Assembly: GCA_963980215.1 (NCBI GenBank)
Contig: CAXBYZ010000003.1
Location: 1-60,650 of the forward strand
Direction of reading: 5' to 3'
Length of the DNA stretch: 60,650 nt
Source: an uncultured bacterium
Lineage (GTDB): Bacteria > Patescibacteriota > Microgenomatia > UBA1400 > CG1-02-47-37
Part shown: in pieces, positions 52,654 through 60,650 of the stretch
How positions within the stretch are numbered: position 1 is the first letter of the stretch
Layout of the letters: every line of letters begins with the position of its first letter
The notes under the pieces: model-generated
What the model saw: the letters and a program-made list of their open reading frames with translations, nothing else
Databases searched by the model: none
What the model was told of the DNA's origin: nothing
Position numbers and translations under genes: made by a program

Positions 52654-55551
52654 ATGGCTAAACTTGTCTCGCCGAAAGGCGGAAAATCATATTTTAACGA
52701 CGTTGATTCTCATCCAAATTTTGTTGAACTTGAAGAAAAACTTTTAGAGAGTTGGTATAAAGACGGGATTGTCAAAAAATATTTAAACAAAAACGCCAAA
52801 TCAAAGAAAAAATTCACCTTTCTAGATGGCCCCATCACAGCCAATAACCCCATGGGTGTTCATCATGGCCGTGGCCGGACCTACAAGGACTTGTGGCAAA
52901 GGTACAACACTATGAAAGGTTTTAAGCTTCGTTATCAAAATGGCTTTGACTGTCAAGGTTTATGGGTAGAAGTTGAGGTAGAAAAAGACTTGGGTTTCAA
53001 AAACAAGAAAGAAATCGAAGATTACGGTGTAGCAAAATTTGTCAAAAAATGTAAAGGTCGGGTCGAGAAGTATGCCGGCATCCAAACAGATCAATCGAAA
53101 AGACTTGGCATGTGGATGGATTGGGACAATAGCTACTTTACCATGTCCGACGAAAACAACTACGCCATCTGGAACTTCCTAAAAACCTGTAACCACAGAG
53201 GCTGGCTTTACAAGGGGCATGACTCAGTTCCTTGGTGTCCTAGATGTGAAACCGCTATCTCTCAACACGAAATGCTAACCGAAGATTACAAAGAAGTAAC
53301 TCATCAAGCTATTTTCTTTACCCTCCCCATCGTTTCCGAATCAAAAGAATACTTACTGGTCTGGACCACTACTCCTTGGACTATTCCAGCCAATATCGCA
53401 GTTGCTGTTGAAAAAACTTACGAATATTCTTTAGTTGAAGTTAAATCTGGTTATAAATACTGGTTGCTAAAATCAAAAGTAGAAGAAGTTCTGGGAGATG
53501 ATGTCATCAAAGTTTTAAAAACAGTCAAGGGTATTGATCTAGTTGGCTTAAGATACCATGGCCCCTTTGATTCATTACCAGCAGTCGACAAAGTTGCCCA
53601 CGATAATCCTTCAAACTTTCACTCAGTTGTAGCTACAGACAAGCGTATCATGCCAATCTCAGAGTCAGAAGGGACCGGTTTAGTTCACACTGCTGTTTCT
53701 GCCGGAACCGAAGACTATAAATTGGGTAAAAAACTAGGCCTTCCCATGATTCCTGTCATCAAAGACAATGCCGAGTACTTCGATGGCTTTGGCCCACTAT
53801 CAAACAAAAATGCAAAAAAACATCCGGAACTAATATTTGATTTTTTGAAAAACTCCAAAAATCATTTTGTCTACAAAATAGAAGACTACACTCACCGTTA
53901 TCCAGCTTGTTGGCGCTGCAAGGTAGAGCTGGTTTGGAAAGTCTCCGATGAATGGCTAATCAGCATGGATAAAAAAGACCCAACCGATAAAAAGTCACGA
54001 ACTCTTCGCCAGCAGATCATGGATGTAACCAAAAAGATTAACTGGATCCCAGAGTTTGGTTTGGATCGTGAACTAGATTGGCTCAAGAACATGCACGACT
54101 GGTTAATCTCCAAGAAAAATCGTTACTGGGGTTTATGCCTACCAATCTACGAGTGTAAAAAATGTAAGAGCCACCAAGTTATTGGCAGCAAAGAAGAACT
54201 AAAAGAAAAATCTGTATCTGGTTGGGAGCAATTTAAAGATCACTCCCCCCACAAACCATTTGTAGATCAAGTTAAGATTAAGTGTCAAAGCTGTGACCAA
54301 GCCCTCTCTAGAATAGAGCCAGTCGGCAATCCTTGGTTAGACGCCGGCATTGTCCCTTTCTCAACTTTGCCAGCTAGTTGGTTTCCTGCAGACTTTATTA
54401 CCGAGGCCTTTCCCGGTCAGTTCAAAAACTGGTTTTACTCTATGTTAGTTATGTCAACCGTTTTAAAGAAAACTAACCCTTTCAAGACTGTCTTGGGTTA
54501 TGAGTCTGTAGTTGGTGAAGATGGCCGAGCCATGCACAAATCTTGGGGTAACTCTATCGAGTTCAACTCTGGAGCTAAAAAGATCGGCGTCGATGTTATG
54601 CGTTGGATGTACTCCCAAGCTCTACCCACCGCAGTCTTGCCTTTTGGTTACAAAAGAGGTGACGAGATCAGAAGACTATTTATCTTAATTCTCTGGAATT
54701 CTTACCGCTTCTTTATCACCCAAAGCAACTCAGATAATTGGAAACCAAGTAAAAATACCAAACTAGATAACTCAAACCCCCTAGATAAATGGATTCTCTC
54801 CAGACTTCAAAACACTATTTTAGAAGTTACTAAGTCTCTAGATAAATTCTACACCGCCCCAGCTACAGTAGCTCTTGAAAAATTCACTAATGACTTCTCC
54901 ACCTGGTACATCAGAAGATCAAGAGATAGAGTCGGGGTCAATGTCAAAAACGGCCAAGATAAAGACAACGCCTACCAAACTATGTACTACTGTTTAGTTA
55001 CTCTCACCAAACTTTTGGCTCCATTCATGCCCTACATTTCAGACAACATCTACAAAAACTTAACTGGAGAAGAAAGTGTCCATCTTGCTGACTGGCCAAA
55101 ACAAGACAAAACTCTTCTAAACCCTCTTTTAGAAGAAAACATGAAAAAAACTAGAGAGGTGGTAGAGAAAATTCATGCTCAAAGAGCCAAAAAAGAACTA
55201 AAAGTAAGACAACCTTTAGCCAAAGCAACTATTAGTGGAAAGTCTTTTGGCAAACCCAACCTTCACCAGATAATTCTTGAAGAGACTAACATTAAGGCGA
55301 TAGAGTTTACTAACAAAGGAGAAGGGTTAAAAGCAACTCTAGATACTAAGCTTACACCAGAACTAAAAGCAGAGGGTCAGGCGAGGGAAATAATACGCCA
55401 AATCCAGAAACTAAGAAAAAAGAGTGGTACAGATCTAGACCAAGTCATCAGTCTAGAGTTGCCAGAATGGCCAGAGGAATTTGAAAACTACATCAAAGAA
55501 AAAACATTAGTTAGTGACTTAATCAAAGGCTCAGAGTTAAAGATAAAATGA
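52654..55551 (+). CDS. ileS: isoleucine--tRNA ligase (type-2-like)
   Basis: Motifs WCPRCETAIS, TTPWTIPANIAVAV (editing domain) and DWLISKKNRYWG. The class-I signatures are non-canonical: VHHGR and AMHKS. Confidence 0.8.
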   Translation: MAKLVSPKGGKSYFNDVDSHPNFVELEEKLLESWYKDGIVKKYLNKNAKSKKKFTFLDGPITANNPMGVHHGRGRTYKDLWQRYNTMKGFKLRYQNGFDCQGLWVEVEVEKDLGFKNKKEIEDYGVAKFVKKCKGRVEKYAGIQTDQSKRLGMWMDWDNSYFTMSDENNYAIWNFLKTCNHRGWLYKGHDSVPWCPRCETAISQHEMLTEDYKEVTHQAIFFTLPIVSESKEYLLVWTTTPWTIPANIAVAVEKTYEYSLVEVKSGYKYWLLKSKVEEVLGDDVIKVLKTVKGIDLVGLRYHGPFDSLPAVDKVAHDNPSNFHSVVATDKRIMPISESEGTGLVHTAVSAGTEDYKLGKKLGLPMIPVIKDNAEYFDGFGPLSNKNAKKHPELIFDFLKNSKNHFVYKIEDYTHRYPACWRCKVELVWKVSDEWLISMDKKDPTDKKSRTLRQQIMDVTKKINWIPEFGLDRELDWLKNMHDWLISKKNRYWGLCLPIYECKKCKSHQVIGSKEELKEKSVSGWEQFKDHSPHKPFVDQVKIKCQSCDQALSRIEPVGNPWLDAGIVPFSTLPASWFPADFITEAFPGQFKNWFYSMLVMSTVLKKTNPFKTVLGYESVVGEDGRAMHKSWGNSIEFNSGAKKIGVDVMRWMYSQALPTAVLPFGYKRGDEIRRLFILILWNSYRFFITQSNSDNWKPSKNTKLDNSNPLDKWILSRLQNTILEVTKSLDKFYTAPATVALEKFTNDFSTWYIRRSRDRVGVNVKNGQDKDNAYQTMYYCLVTLTKLLAPFMPYISDNIYKNLTGEESVHLADWPKQDKTLLNPLLEENMKKTREVVEKIHAQRAKKELKVRQPLAKATISGKSFGKPNLHQIILEETNIKAIEFTNKGEGLKATLDTKLTPELKAEGQAREIIRQIQKLRKKSGTDLDQVISLELPEWPEEFENYIKEKTLVSDLIKGSELKIK

Positions 55552-56627
55552 AAAAAGTTGGTCTGATCGACTGGCAACTAATACTACCAACTCTAGTGAT
55601 TGTTTTCTTGAGTTTTAGCATCTTAAGCTCAATTTCTAAAGATATTTTTATCTTTCAGCTTATCTCATTTTTACTAGGAAGTGTCTTATTTTACTTATAC
55701 TCTCGGTTTAATTATTTAAATCACAAAGCACTCTCCAATCTCTACCTGATTGCATCAATAGTTTTTCTCAGCCTTCCTTTTATCTTTGGAGCAGTCACTC
55801 GCGGTTCGGTTCGTTGGATTCAAATTGGCTCTCTAACTCTACAACCTTCAGAAATTATTAAACCCTTTTTCATCATCATTTTTGCAAGTTTTTTAAGTAA
55901 AAATCAAGACAGTCTTTCGCCGAAAACACTAGTCAGCTACATTACTCTTCTAGTTCTTCCTGCCCTATTTATCTTCAAACAACCAGATTTAGGCAGTACC
56001 TTAGTTATTACCGCTATTTGGCTTGGGATTTTTCTTGCCTCAAATCTACCAACCCTTTGGCTTATTTTCCTTTCATTAAGCTTTGCTTCACTAAGCCCAC
56101 TTATCTTTAAGTTTTTAAAGTCATATCAAAAAGACAGAATTACTTCATTTTTAAATCCATATAAAGATCCAAAAGGTAGTGGTTATCAACTAATTCAATC
56201 AATGATTGCCGTTGGTTCAGGAGGTGTATTTGGTCTAGGTTTGGGTCACGGAACCCAATCACACCTAGCTTTCCTACCAGAACAACACTCAGACTTTATC
56301 TTTGCCTCTCTAGCCGAAGAAATGGGTTTGCTTGGGTCTATAGTCCTAATATCTGCCATATTTTTCTTACTCAAAAGAATTCTTACCATCTCCAAACACA
56401 CTCCAGATCAATTCAGTTACTACATCTGTATTGGGGTTTTTTCTATGATTCTTTTTCAAAGTTTTGTTAATATTGCTATGAACTTGGGGATCATGCCGAT
56501 TACCGGAATTACCCTTCCTCTAGTCTCTGCTGGTGGTAGCTCTGTTTTAGCCACCATGATCGCCCTTGGCATAGTTCACAACATCTCATATCATCAAGAT
56601 ACAAAAAAGTCATTGGAAATAAGGTAA
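55548..56627 (+). CDS. rodA: SEDS-family protein (RodA-like; second SEDS paralogue)
   Basis: Polytopic protein with LQPSEIIKP, QPDLGS and PLVSAGGSS. Confidence 0.8.
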   Translation: MKKVGLIDWQLILPTLVIVFLSFSILSSISKDIFIFQLISFLLGSVLFYLYSRFNYLNHKALSNLYLIASIVFLSLPFIFGAVTRGSVRWIQIGSLTLQPSEIIKPFFIIIFASFLSKNQDSLSPKTLVSYITLLVLPALFIFKQPDLGSTLVITAIWLGIFLASNLPTLWLIFLSLSFASLSPLIFKFLKSYQKDRITSFLNPYKDPKGSGYQLIQSMIAVGSGGVFGLGLGHGTQSHLAFLPEQHSDFIFASLAEEMGLLGSIVLISAIFFLLKRILTISKHTPDQFSYYICIGVFSMILFQSFVNIAMNLGIMPITGITLPLVSAGGSSVLATMIALGIVHNISYHQDTKKSLEIR

Positions 56628-56636
56628 ACAGTAGGC

Positions 56637-56642
56637 TATAAT
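56637..56642 (+). promoter_or_regulatory. consensus -10 (TATAAT) 7 nt upstream of the rplU ATG
   Basis: TATAAT at 56637-56642 and ATG at 56650. There is no SD. Confidence 0.4.
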
Positions 56643-56649
56643 ACCAGCT

Positions 56650-56961
56650 ATGAAATTCGCAGTCATAAAAACCGGAGGAAAACAATATAAGATTTCTGAA
56701 GGTGACGTTATTAAGATAGAAAAACTATCTGCCAAACCAAAAGAAAAAGTAACTTTTAAAGAAGTCTACTTACTAGTAGACGGAGAAGATGTTCAAATCG
56801 GCCAACCTTTTGTTAAGGGAGTAAAAGTTACAGCCGAAGTTGTAGATCAACAAAAAGATAAAAAAATTAGAGTTGTTAAATTTAAGGCCAAGTCTAAATA
56901 CAGAAGAGTTCAGGGTCACCGTCAAAGATTATCAGTCTTAAAAATTTTAAAGATCAGCTAA
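56650..56961 (+). CDS. rplU: 50S ribosomal protein L21
   Basis: [19 protein letters not shown]... and GHRQ near the C-terminus. Confidence 0.93.
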   Translation: MKFAVIKTGGKQYKISEGDVIKIEKLSAKPKEKVTFKEVYLLVDGEDVQIGQPFVKGVKVTAEVVDQQKDKKIRVVKFKAKSKYRRVQGHRQRLSVLKILKIS

Positions 56962-56962
56962 C

Positions 56963-57214
56963 ATGTCAAAGAAGAAAGCATCAGGTTCAACAGCCCAACA
57001 AACTACCAGACCAGGTAAAAGAAGGGGAGTTAAGAAATTCGGTGGAGAAAAAGTAACTACCGGTATGATCTTGGTTAGACAAGTTGGAAGTAAGTTTCAC
57101 GCAGGAGTTGGAGTTGGCAAAGGTAGAGACTTCACTCTATTTGCTCTCAAGGATGGTGTGGTTAAATTCATCAAAAAACACTCTCGTCAATTTGTAACGG
57201 TGGTCTCAAAATAA
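56963..57214 (+). CDS. rpmA: 50S ribosomal protein L27
   Basis: [10 protein letters not shown]...[12 protein letters not shown]...[17 protein letters not shown]. It directly follows rplU. Confidence 0.93.
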   Translation: MSKKKASGSTAQQTTRPGKRRGVKKFGGEKVTTGMILVRQVGSKFHAGVGVGKGRDFTLFALKDGVVKFIKKHSRQFVTVVSK

Positions 57215-57215
57215 T

Positions 57216-58037
57216 ATGGATGCAACAACAGTCAACAAAATGGACATAGATCAGCTTCAAGCTAATCCTTTACAGCCAAGAGGCATGATCACTCCAGATT
57301 CTTTAATGGACTTAGTTGATTCAATCCGGGAGCATGGTGTCTTAGAACCATTAATTGCCGCCCACACCCCGGCAGGCTATCAAATTATTGCTGGTGAAAG
57401 ACGTTGGCGAGCTTCAAAATTAGCTGGTTTAACTCATGTACCGGTAATCGTAAAAGAAACTTCTCCTCAAGGCATGCTCGAGATGGCCATTGTTGAAAAT
57501 GTCCAGAGGACAGATCTAAATGCTATCGATAGAGCCAAAGCTTTTGAAAGACTAATCGAAGAATTTGACCTTTCAAATGCCGAGATTGCCAAAAAAGTTT
57601 CCAAAAGCCCTTCATACATCTCAAACACCCTAAAGCTATTAAGCTTGCCAGACGCATTAAAAGATGGCTTAATTTCTGGCCTGATTACCGAAGGTCACGC
57701 TCGAGCTCTTTCTTCTATCGAAGACAAGACTGCCATGATTGAAGCCTACAAAACCATTCTTAAAGAGTCTGGCTCAGTAAGAAGAGCCGAAGACTTAGCC
57801 AGAAGAATGAAAAATAAAACCGGCCAAAAAATCACCGCTCCTTCTTCAAGACCAGCTCACATGGTTAGCGAAGAAATAGATAAAATGACCAAGAAAATGA
57901 CAAACTCTTTAGGAGATTCATCTAAGGTTAAACTAATCATGACTCAAAGAGAAACCAGATTAAGTATTACTTTAAAAGGCTCACCAGAAAAAACCAAAGA
58001 TACTCTAGAAAAACTGGTTAACTCTATTTCAGGTTAG
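57216..58037 (+). CDS. parB: ParB/Spo0J-family chromosome-partitioning protein
   Basis: Motifs LQPRG, IIAGERRWRASKLAG and VENVQRTDLN, plus an HTH segment. No parA is adjacent. Confidence 0.88.
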   Translation: MDATTVNKMDIDQLQANPLQPRGMITPDSLMDLVDSIREHGVLEPLIAAHTPAGYQIIAGERRWRASKLAGLTHVPVIVKETSPQGMLEMAIVENVQRTDLNAIDRAKAFERLIEEFDLSNAEIAKKVSKSPSYISNTLKLLSLPDALKDGLISGLITEGHARALSSIEDKTAMIEAYKTILKESGSVRRAEDLARRMKNKTGQKITAPSSRPAHMVSEEIDKMTKKMTNSLGDSSKVKLIMTQRETRLSITLKGSPEKTKDTLEKLVNSISG

Positions 58038-58599
58038 GGTATTTATCTACCACTCCCATTCTATTTAAAGGCCAGTACTTGATCCAAGCTTTTCCAACAA
58101 TATTTTCTCTTGGTACAACTCCCCACTCTCTTGAATCACTTGAGTTGTTCCTATTATCTCCAACCGCAAAGTAAGAGTTTTGTGGAACAGTAATTACTTG
58201 CCCTTCTTGTGCGTATTTTCCAGCTTTTGTGGGTACACCAGCATCAAGGTAAGCGGATTCATCAAACAACTCACCATTTCTATAAATCTGGTTATCCATA
58301 ACTTTAATTCTATCTCCAGGTAACCCTACAATCCTTTTTATATAATCATAATCTTCATTTTTTGGAGCTTTAAAAACAATTACATCACTTAATTGTGGTT
58401 TATCAACCTGATAAACAATTTTATTAGTCAATAGATACTCACCATCATGAAAGTTGTCATACATGGAGTTACCTTTAACTTGATGGGGCTGAAACAAGAA
58501 GCGATAAACAACCACAAAAATAGCCAAAGCAATAACAATTGTTTCAATAAAATCCAAGAAAAACATCCAAATCTTTTTTAACATGCTGTCATTTTCCAT
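58024..58599 (-). CDS. lepB: signal peptidase I
   Basis: N-terminal TM helix, catalytic Ser box GNSMYDN, Lys box YIKRIVGLPGD, and GDNRNNSSDSR. Confidence 0.92.
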   Translation of the reverse strand: MENDSMLKKIWMFFLDFIETIVIALAIFVVVYRFLFQPHQVKGNSMYDNFHDGEYLLTNKIVYQVDKPQLSDVIVFKAPKNEDYDYIKRIVGLPGDRIKVMDNQIYRNGELFDESAYLDAGVPTKAGKYAQEGQVITVPQNSYFAVGDNRNNSSDSREWGVVPRENIVGKAWIKYWPLNRMGVVDKYPNLK

Positions 58600-58606
58600 A
58601 TCCTTA

Positions 58607-58636
58607 ATGCTAATCCCTTTGCTATAATCATGTCAA
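58607..58636 (-). promoter_or_regulatory. putative lepB promoter
   Basis: On the minus strand: TTGACA (58636-58631), 18-nt spacer, TAGCAT (58612-58607), then 7 nt to ATG 58599. Confidence 0.4.
58620..58628 (+). promoter_or_regulatory. extended -10 promoter (TGcTATAAT) for tRNA-Val
   Basis: TGCTATAAT ends 17 nt upstream of the mature tRNA 5' end. It interdigitates with the divergent lepB promoter. Confidence 0.5.
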
Positions 58637-58645
58637 ACGGAAAAT

Positions 58646-58719
58646 GGACTCTTGGCGCAGTTGGTTAGCGCGCGCGATTCACATTCGCGAGGTCACAGAT
58701 TCGAATTCTGTAGGGTCCA
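58646..58719 (+). tRNA. tRNA-Val (anticodon CAC)
   Basis: Hand-folded cloverleaf. Acceptor GGACTCT/AGGGTCC, D arm GCGC-AGTTGGTTA-GCGC, anticodon arm CGCGA-TTCACAT-TCGCG, variable AGGTC, T arm ACAGA-TTCGAAT-TCTGT, discriminator A. CCA is not encoded. Confidence 0.9.
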
Positions 58720-58724
58720 CACAT

Positions 58725-60650
58725 CTATTTAATCTTGGAGCTTTCCAAGCTTAACAATCTTGAAACCAAGGCTTGAGCAGAGGCTCTAGAAAATTCACTA
58801 TCTCCAAGAGAGTTTTGACTATCTCCCAACATCTCTTCACTTAAACTTAAGACTATGCCTAGTGGATGGTTTTCTTGATTAGAAGATACCCTGCTCTCTA
58901 CCTTATTCTTTACTTTCTGGGCCACACTTATATCTCTATTAACCCGAGTTTGATTGGGTGTTCTTCCACCTTTATTTAAAGTAGCAATGTATCCCTCCAT
59001 AACCAACAATCCAGCCTCATGAGAAACTGTTTTAATCTTTGCTTTCACCCCATCTTCGATCCTTCCACCTCTACCAAGTTTATCCACTTTCATTCTAAGT
59101 GAATAGCTTCCGGTCATCGCCGCCCTAGCATAGCGAGAAGCATTAGCATATTTACCACTTTCTATACTGGTAATAGCTCTCTCCAACATCAAGATTAATT
59201 TATCTATATATCTACTCAACTGCTTTTTGTAAGATGTTGAAAAAGATTGTGAGTTAATATACTCTTTTAGTTCATTTAACTTAACCTTAGCTAAATTAAG
59301 TTGCATCTTGCCAGTATCATCAATTAAAGGAAAATCTTTAGGGTTGCCTGAGTTAAATTTAAGAGTATAAGAATCTACTTCACCGTCTGTAACTGATTCT
59401 TCTGTCGTGCTCCACTTCTCGCCAGCACTACTTAGTTGACCAAGATCAAGAGAATAACTTCCAGTACCATTTCCAACTACCTCTACTCCATAATCTCCAT
59501 CATCTGCATCAAAAATAACTAGCAATTTGTCAACCTCAGAATAAATTGCATTACTCATCGGATTGCTAACCCCAAAGCCAGCCTCATTTCCGTTTGGATC
59601 AGTCACCTTAATATTTGCAGGTGAGTGAAGAAAGAAAATCAAAGCAGGGTTTCTATTTGGACTATTGCTACCAGTTGCCGGGGTAAAGGTAGTTAGACCC
59701 AAAGAATCCAAAATTGCTTGGATACCAGCACTTGTCTCCATTAGCTCTATATGACTAGTCCCAACCACTTTTTGATCAGTATTAGCAATTAAAGCACTCT
59801 TTTCAAGAACTGTTAAATCTCCTTCACCTGTATATTCGTAAGCCTCAGGTCTTCCATCAGGCCACTTGCCTAATAATTTATCTGACAAACTTCTCCCTCC
59901 TAGTTTTATCCATTCAATGGAGTCTCCATTGGCGTTTTCGTTACCAGCAATCGTAGTCATCAAATCTTTTAAGCCAGTCTCAATAGATATTTTTAGATTA
60001 TTAAGATAACTATTAAATGAGTTCATAGTAGTTACATCAATAACCTGATTACTACTATTTTTGGTGAAGTCAAAAATCGGTGTTAGGTTGCTCAAGCTAG
60101 GGGATAGGTCATGAACTGCAGATACAGGAGAGGAGTAGTTGTCTTTATGAATCTGTAAGTAAAGTTGCAGGGCAATCCACTGCCAAGACCATCTATCTCC
60201 AAGCTCTGCACCAGACCATGCTTTCCAAGCTGGAATAGCTCCTTCATGGGGGGAGCCAGAGGTTACTAATTTATTGATTTTATCAACTCCATATTTTTGC
60301 CCATAAGATCGTGAAATTAGTCCTCCAAAACTATGCCCCACCAGGTTAACCTTGGTTCCAACTGGTTTACCAGATAAAACAGTATTTTCAATATAGTCTT
60401 TCAGAGAATCTGCAATACTATCCGCCGGCCTTCTCCAATCATAGTAAAACTCAAAGTAATCATCGCCTTCAGCATATTTACCATTATTTATAAAAGTAGA
60501 TCTTATATTGTCATACACCTTAATAAACGGCGTCTTCTTCCAATTACCGCCACTACCTCCTGAAATAATATCACTTGTATTCCAACTCCCCCCAAACCCC
60601 GGAACCAACACCACCGGCACATTCGCCTGTGGCTGCAGCTCATCTATGCT
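58725..60650 (-). CDS. secreted alpha/beta-hydrolase (lipase/LCAT/PGAP1-like) with a large C-terminal extension; 5'-partial
   Basis: PVVLVPGFGGSW and nucleophile elbow GHSFGG. The frame stays open to the window edge (…SIDELQPQANVPVV), so the true start lies outside the window. Confidence 0.7.
   Translation of the reverse strand, partial: SIDELQPQANVPVVLVPGFGGSWNTSDIISGGSGGNWKKTPFIKVYDNIRSTFINNGKYAEGDDYFEFYYDWRRPADSIADSLKDYIENTVLSGKPVGTKVNLVGHSFGGLISRSYGQKYGVDKINKLVTSGSPHEGAIPAWKAWSGAELGDRWSWQWIALQLYLQIHKDNYSSPVSAVHDLSPSLSNLTPIFDFTKNSSNQVIDVTTMNSFNSYLNNLKISIETGLKDLMTTIAGNENANGDSIEWIKLGGRSLSDKLLGKWPDGRPEAYEYTGEGDLTVLEKSALIANTDQKVVGTSHIELMETSAGIQAILDSLGLTTFTPATGSNSPNRNPALIFFLHSPANIKVTDPNGNEAGFGVSNPMSNAIYSEVDKLLVIFDADDGDYGVEVVGNGTGSYSLDLGQLSSAGEKWSTTEESVTDGEVDSYTLKFNSGNPKDFPLIDDTGKMQLNLAKVKLNELKEYINSQSFSTSYKKQLSRYIDKLILMLERAITSIESGKYANASRYARAAMTGSYSLRMKVDKLGRGGRIEDGVKAKIKTVSHEAGLLVMEGYIATLNKGGRTPNQTRVNRDISVAQKVKNKVESRVSSNQENHPLGIVLSLSEEMLGDSQNSLGDSEFSRASAQALVSRLLSLESSKIK

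Noticed and set aside
57094-57101. GTTTCACG, matching half of the parS consensus (TGTTNCACGTGAAACA), just upstream of parB inside rpmA
   Set aside because: Only one half-site is present and the second arm is not palindromic (GCAGGAG). An 8-mer match is expected by chance. I found no full parS in the window.
1-60650. Alternative genetic code (UGA recoding, as in some CPR lineages)
   Set aside because: TGA terminates many conserved genes at their expected lengths and takes part in ATGA/GTGA start-stop overlaps (murC/murB, murG/ftsQ, GT4/manC). Code 11 fits.

Overview
AT-rich, very compact and mostly co-directional bacterial DNA. Genes often overlap at start/stop (ATGA, GTGA) and convergent genes share stop codons. 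Gene content and architecture suggest a small-genome Patescibacteria/CPR-type organism; this is inference and no database was searched. There are three blocks. (i) 1-19.4 kb is a cell-surface glycan locus. It has two nucleotide-sugar SDR enzymes, four GT2, five GT4, an acetyltransferase, three polytopic GT-C/O-antigen-ligase-like membrane proteins, ManC, a small priming phosphoglycosyl transferase and a DUF4012-like protein. I see no flippase or exporter. (ii) 19.4-27.7 kb holds recO, a small wHTH gene, glyQS, a membrane-anchored hypothetical, and a decayed accessory islet at about 22.5-25.5 kb. The islet has two toxin-antitoxin modules whose toxin genes are each broken by a single-base change in a poly-A run. 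It also has two gene remnants abutting each other and an intact TrmB-like regulator. A 2-hydroxyacid-dehydrogenase-like gene and a malic enzyme follow. (iii) 27.7-52.6 kb is an expanded dcw cluster: mraZ-rsmH-ftsL-ftsI-murE-(2 nucleotidyltransferases)-murC-murB-murA-glmS-(exonuclease, yvcK-like, M23, DegT-like, FemAB-like)-mraY-murI-murD-ftsW-murG-ftsQ-ftsA-ftsZ. After it come ileS, rodA, rplU-rpmA, parB, lepB, tRNA-Val(CAC) and a 5'-partial lipase-like gene. The most notable points are: a recurrent promoter-to-start-codon geometry implying leaderless mRNAs at operon-first genes; homopolymer-disrupted toxins; a 10-bp-phased repeat array at the wHTH/glyQS divergent promoter; MraZ operator boxes; MurA with Asp at the fosfomycin-target Cys position; a MurE lacking the N-terminal domain; and no murF or ddl in an otherwise near-complete peptidoglycan block. 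I recognised no rRNA, CRISPR array, transposase or integrase. All calls come from reading the translations and sequence by eye.
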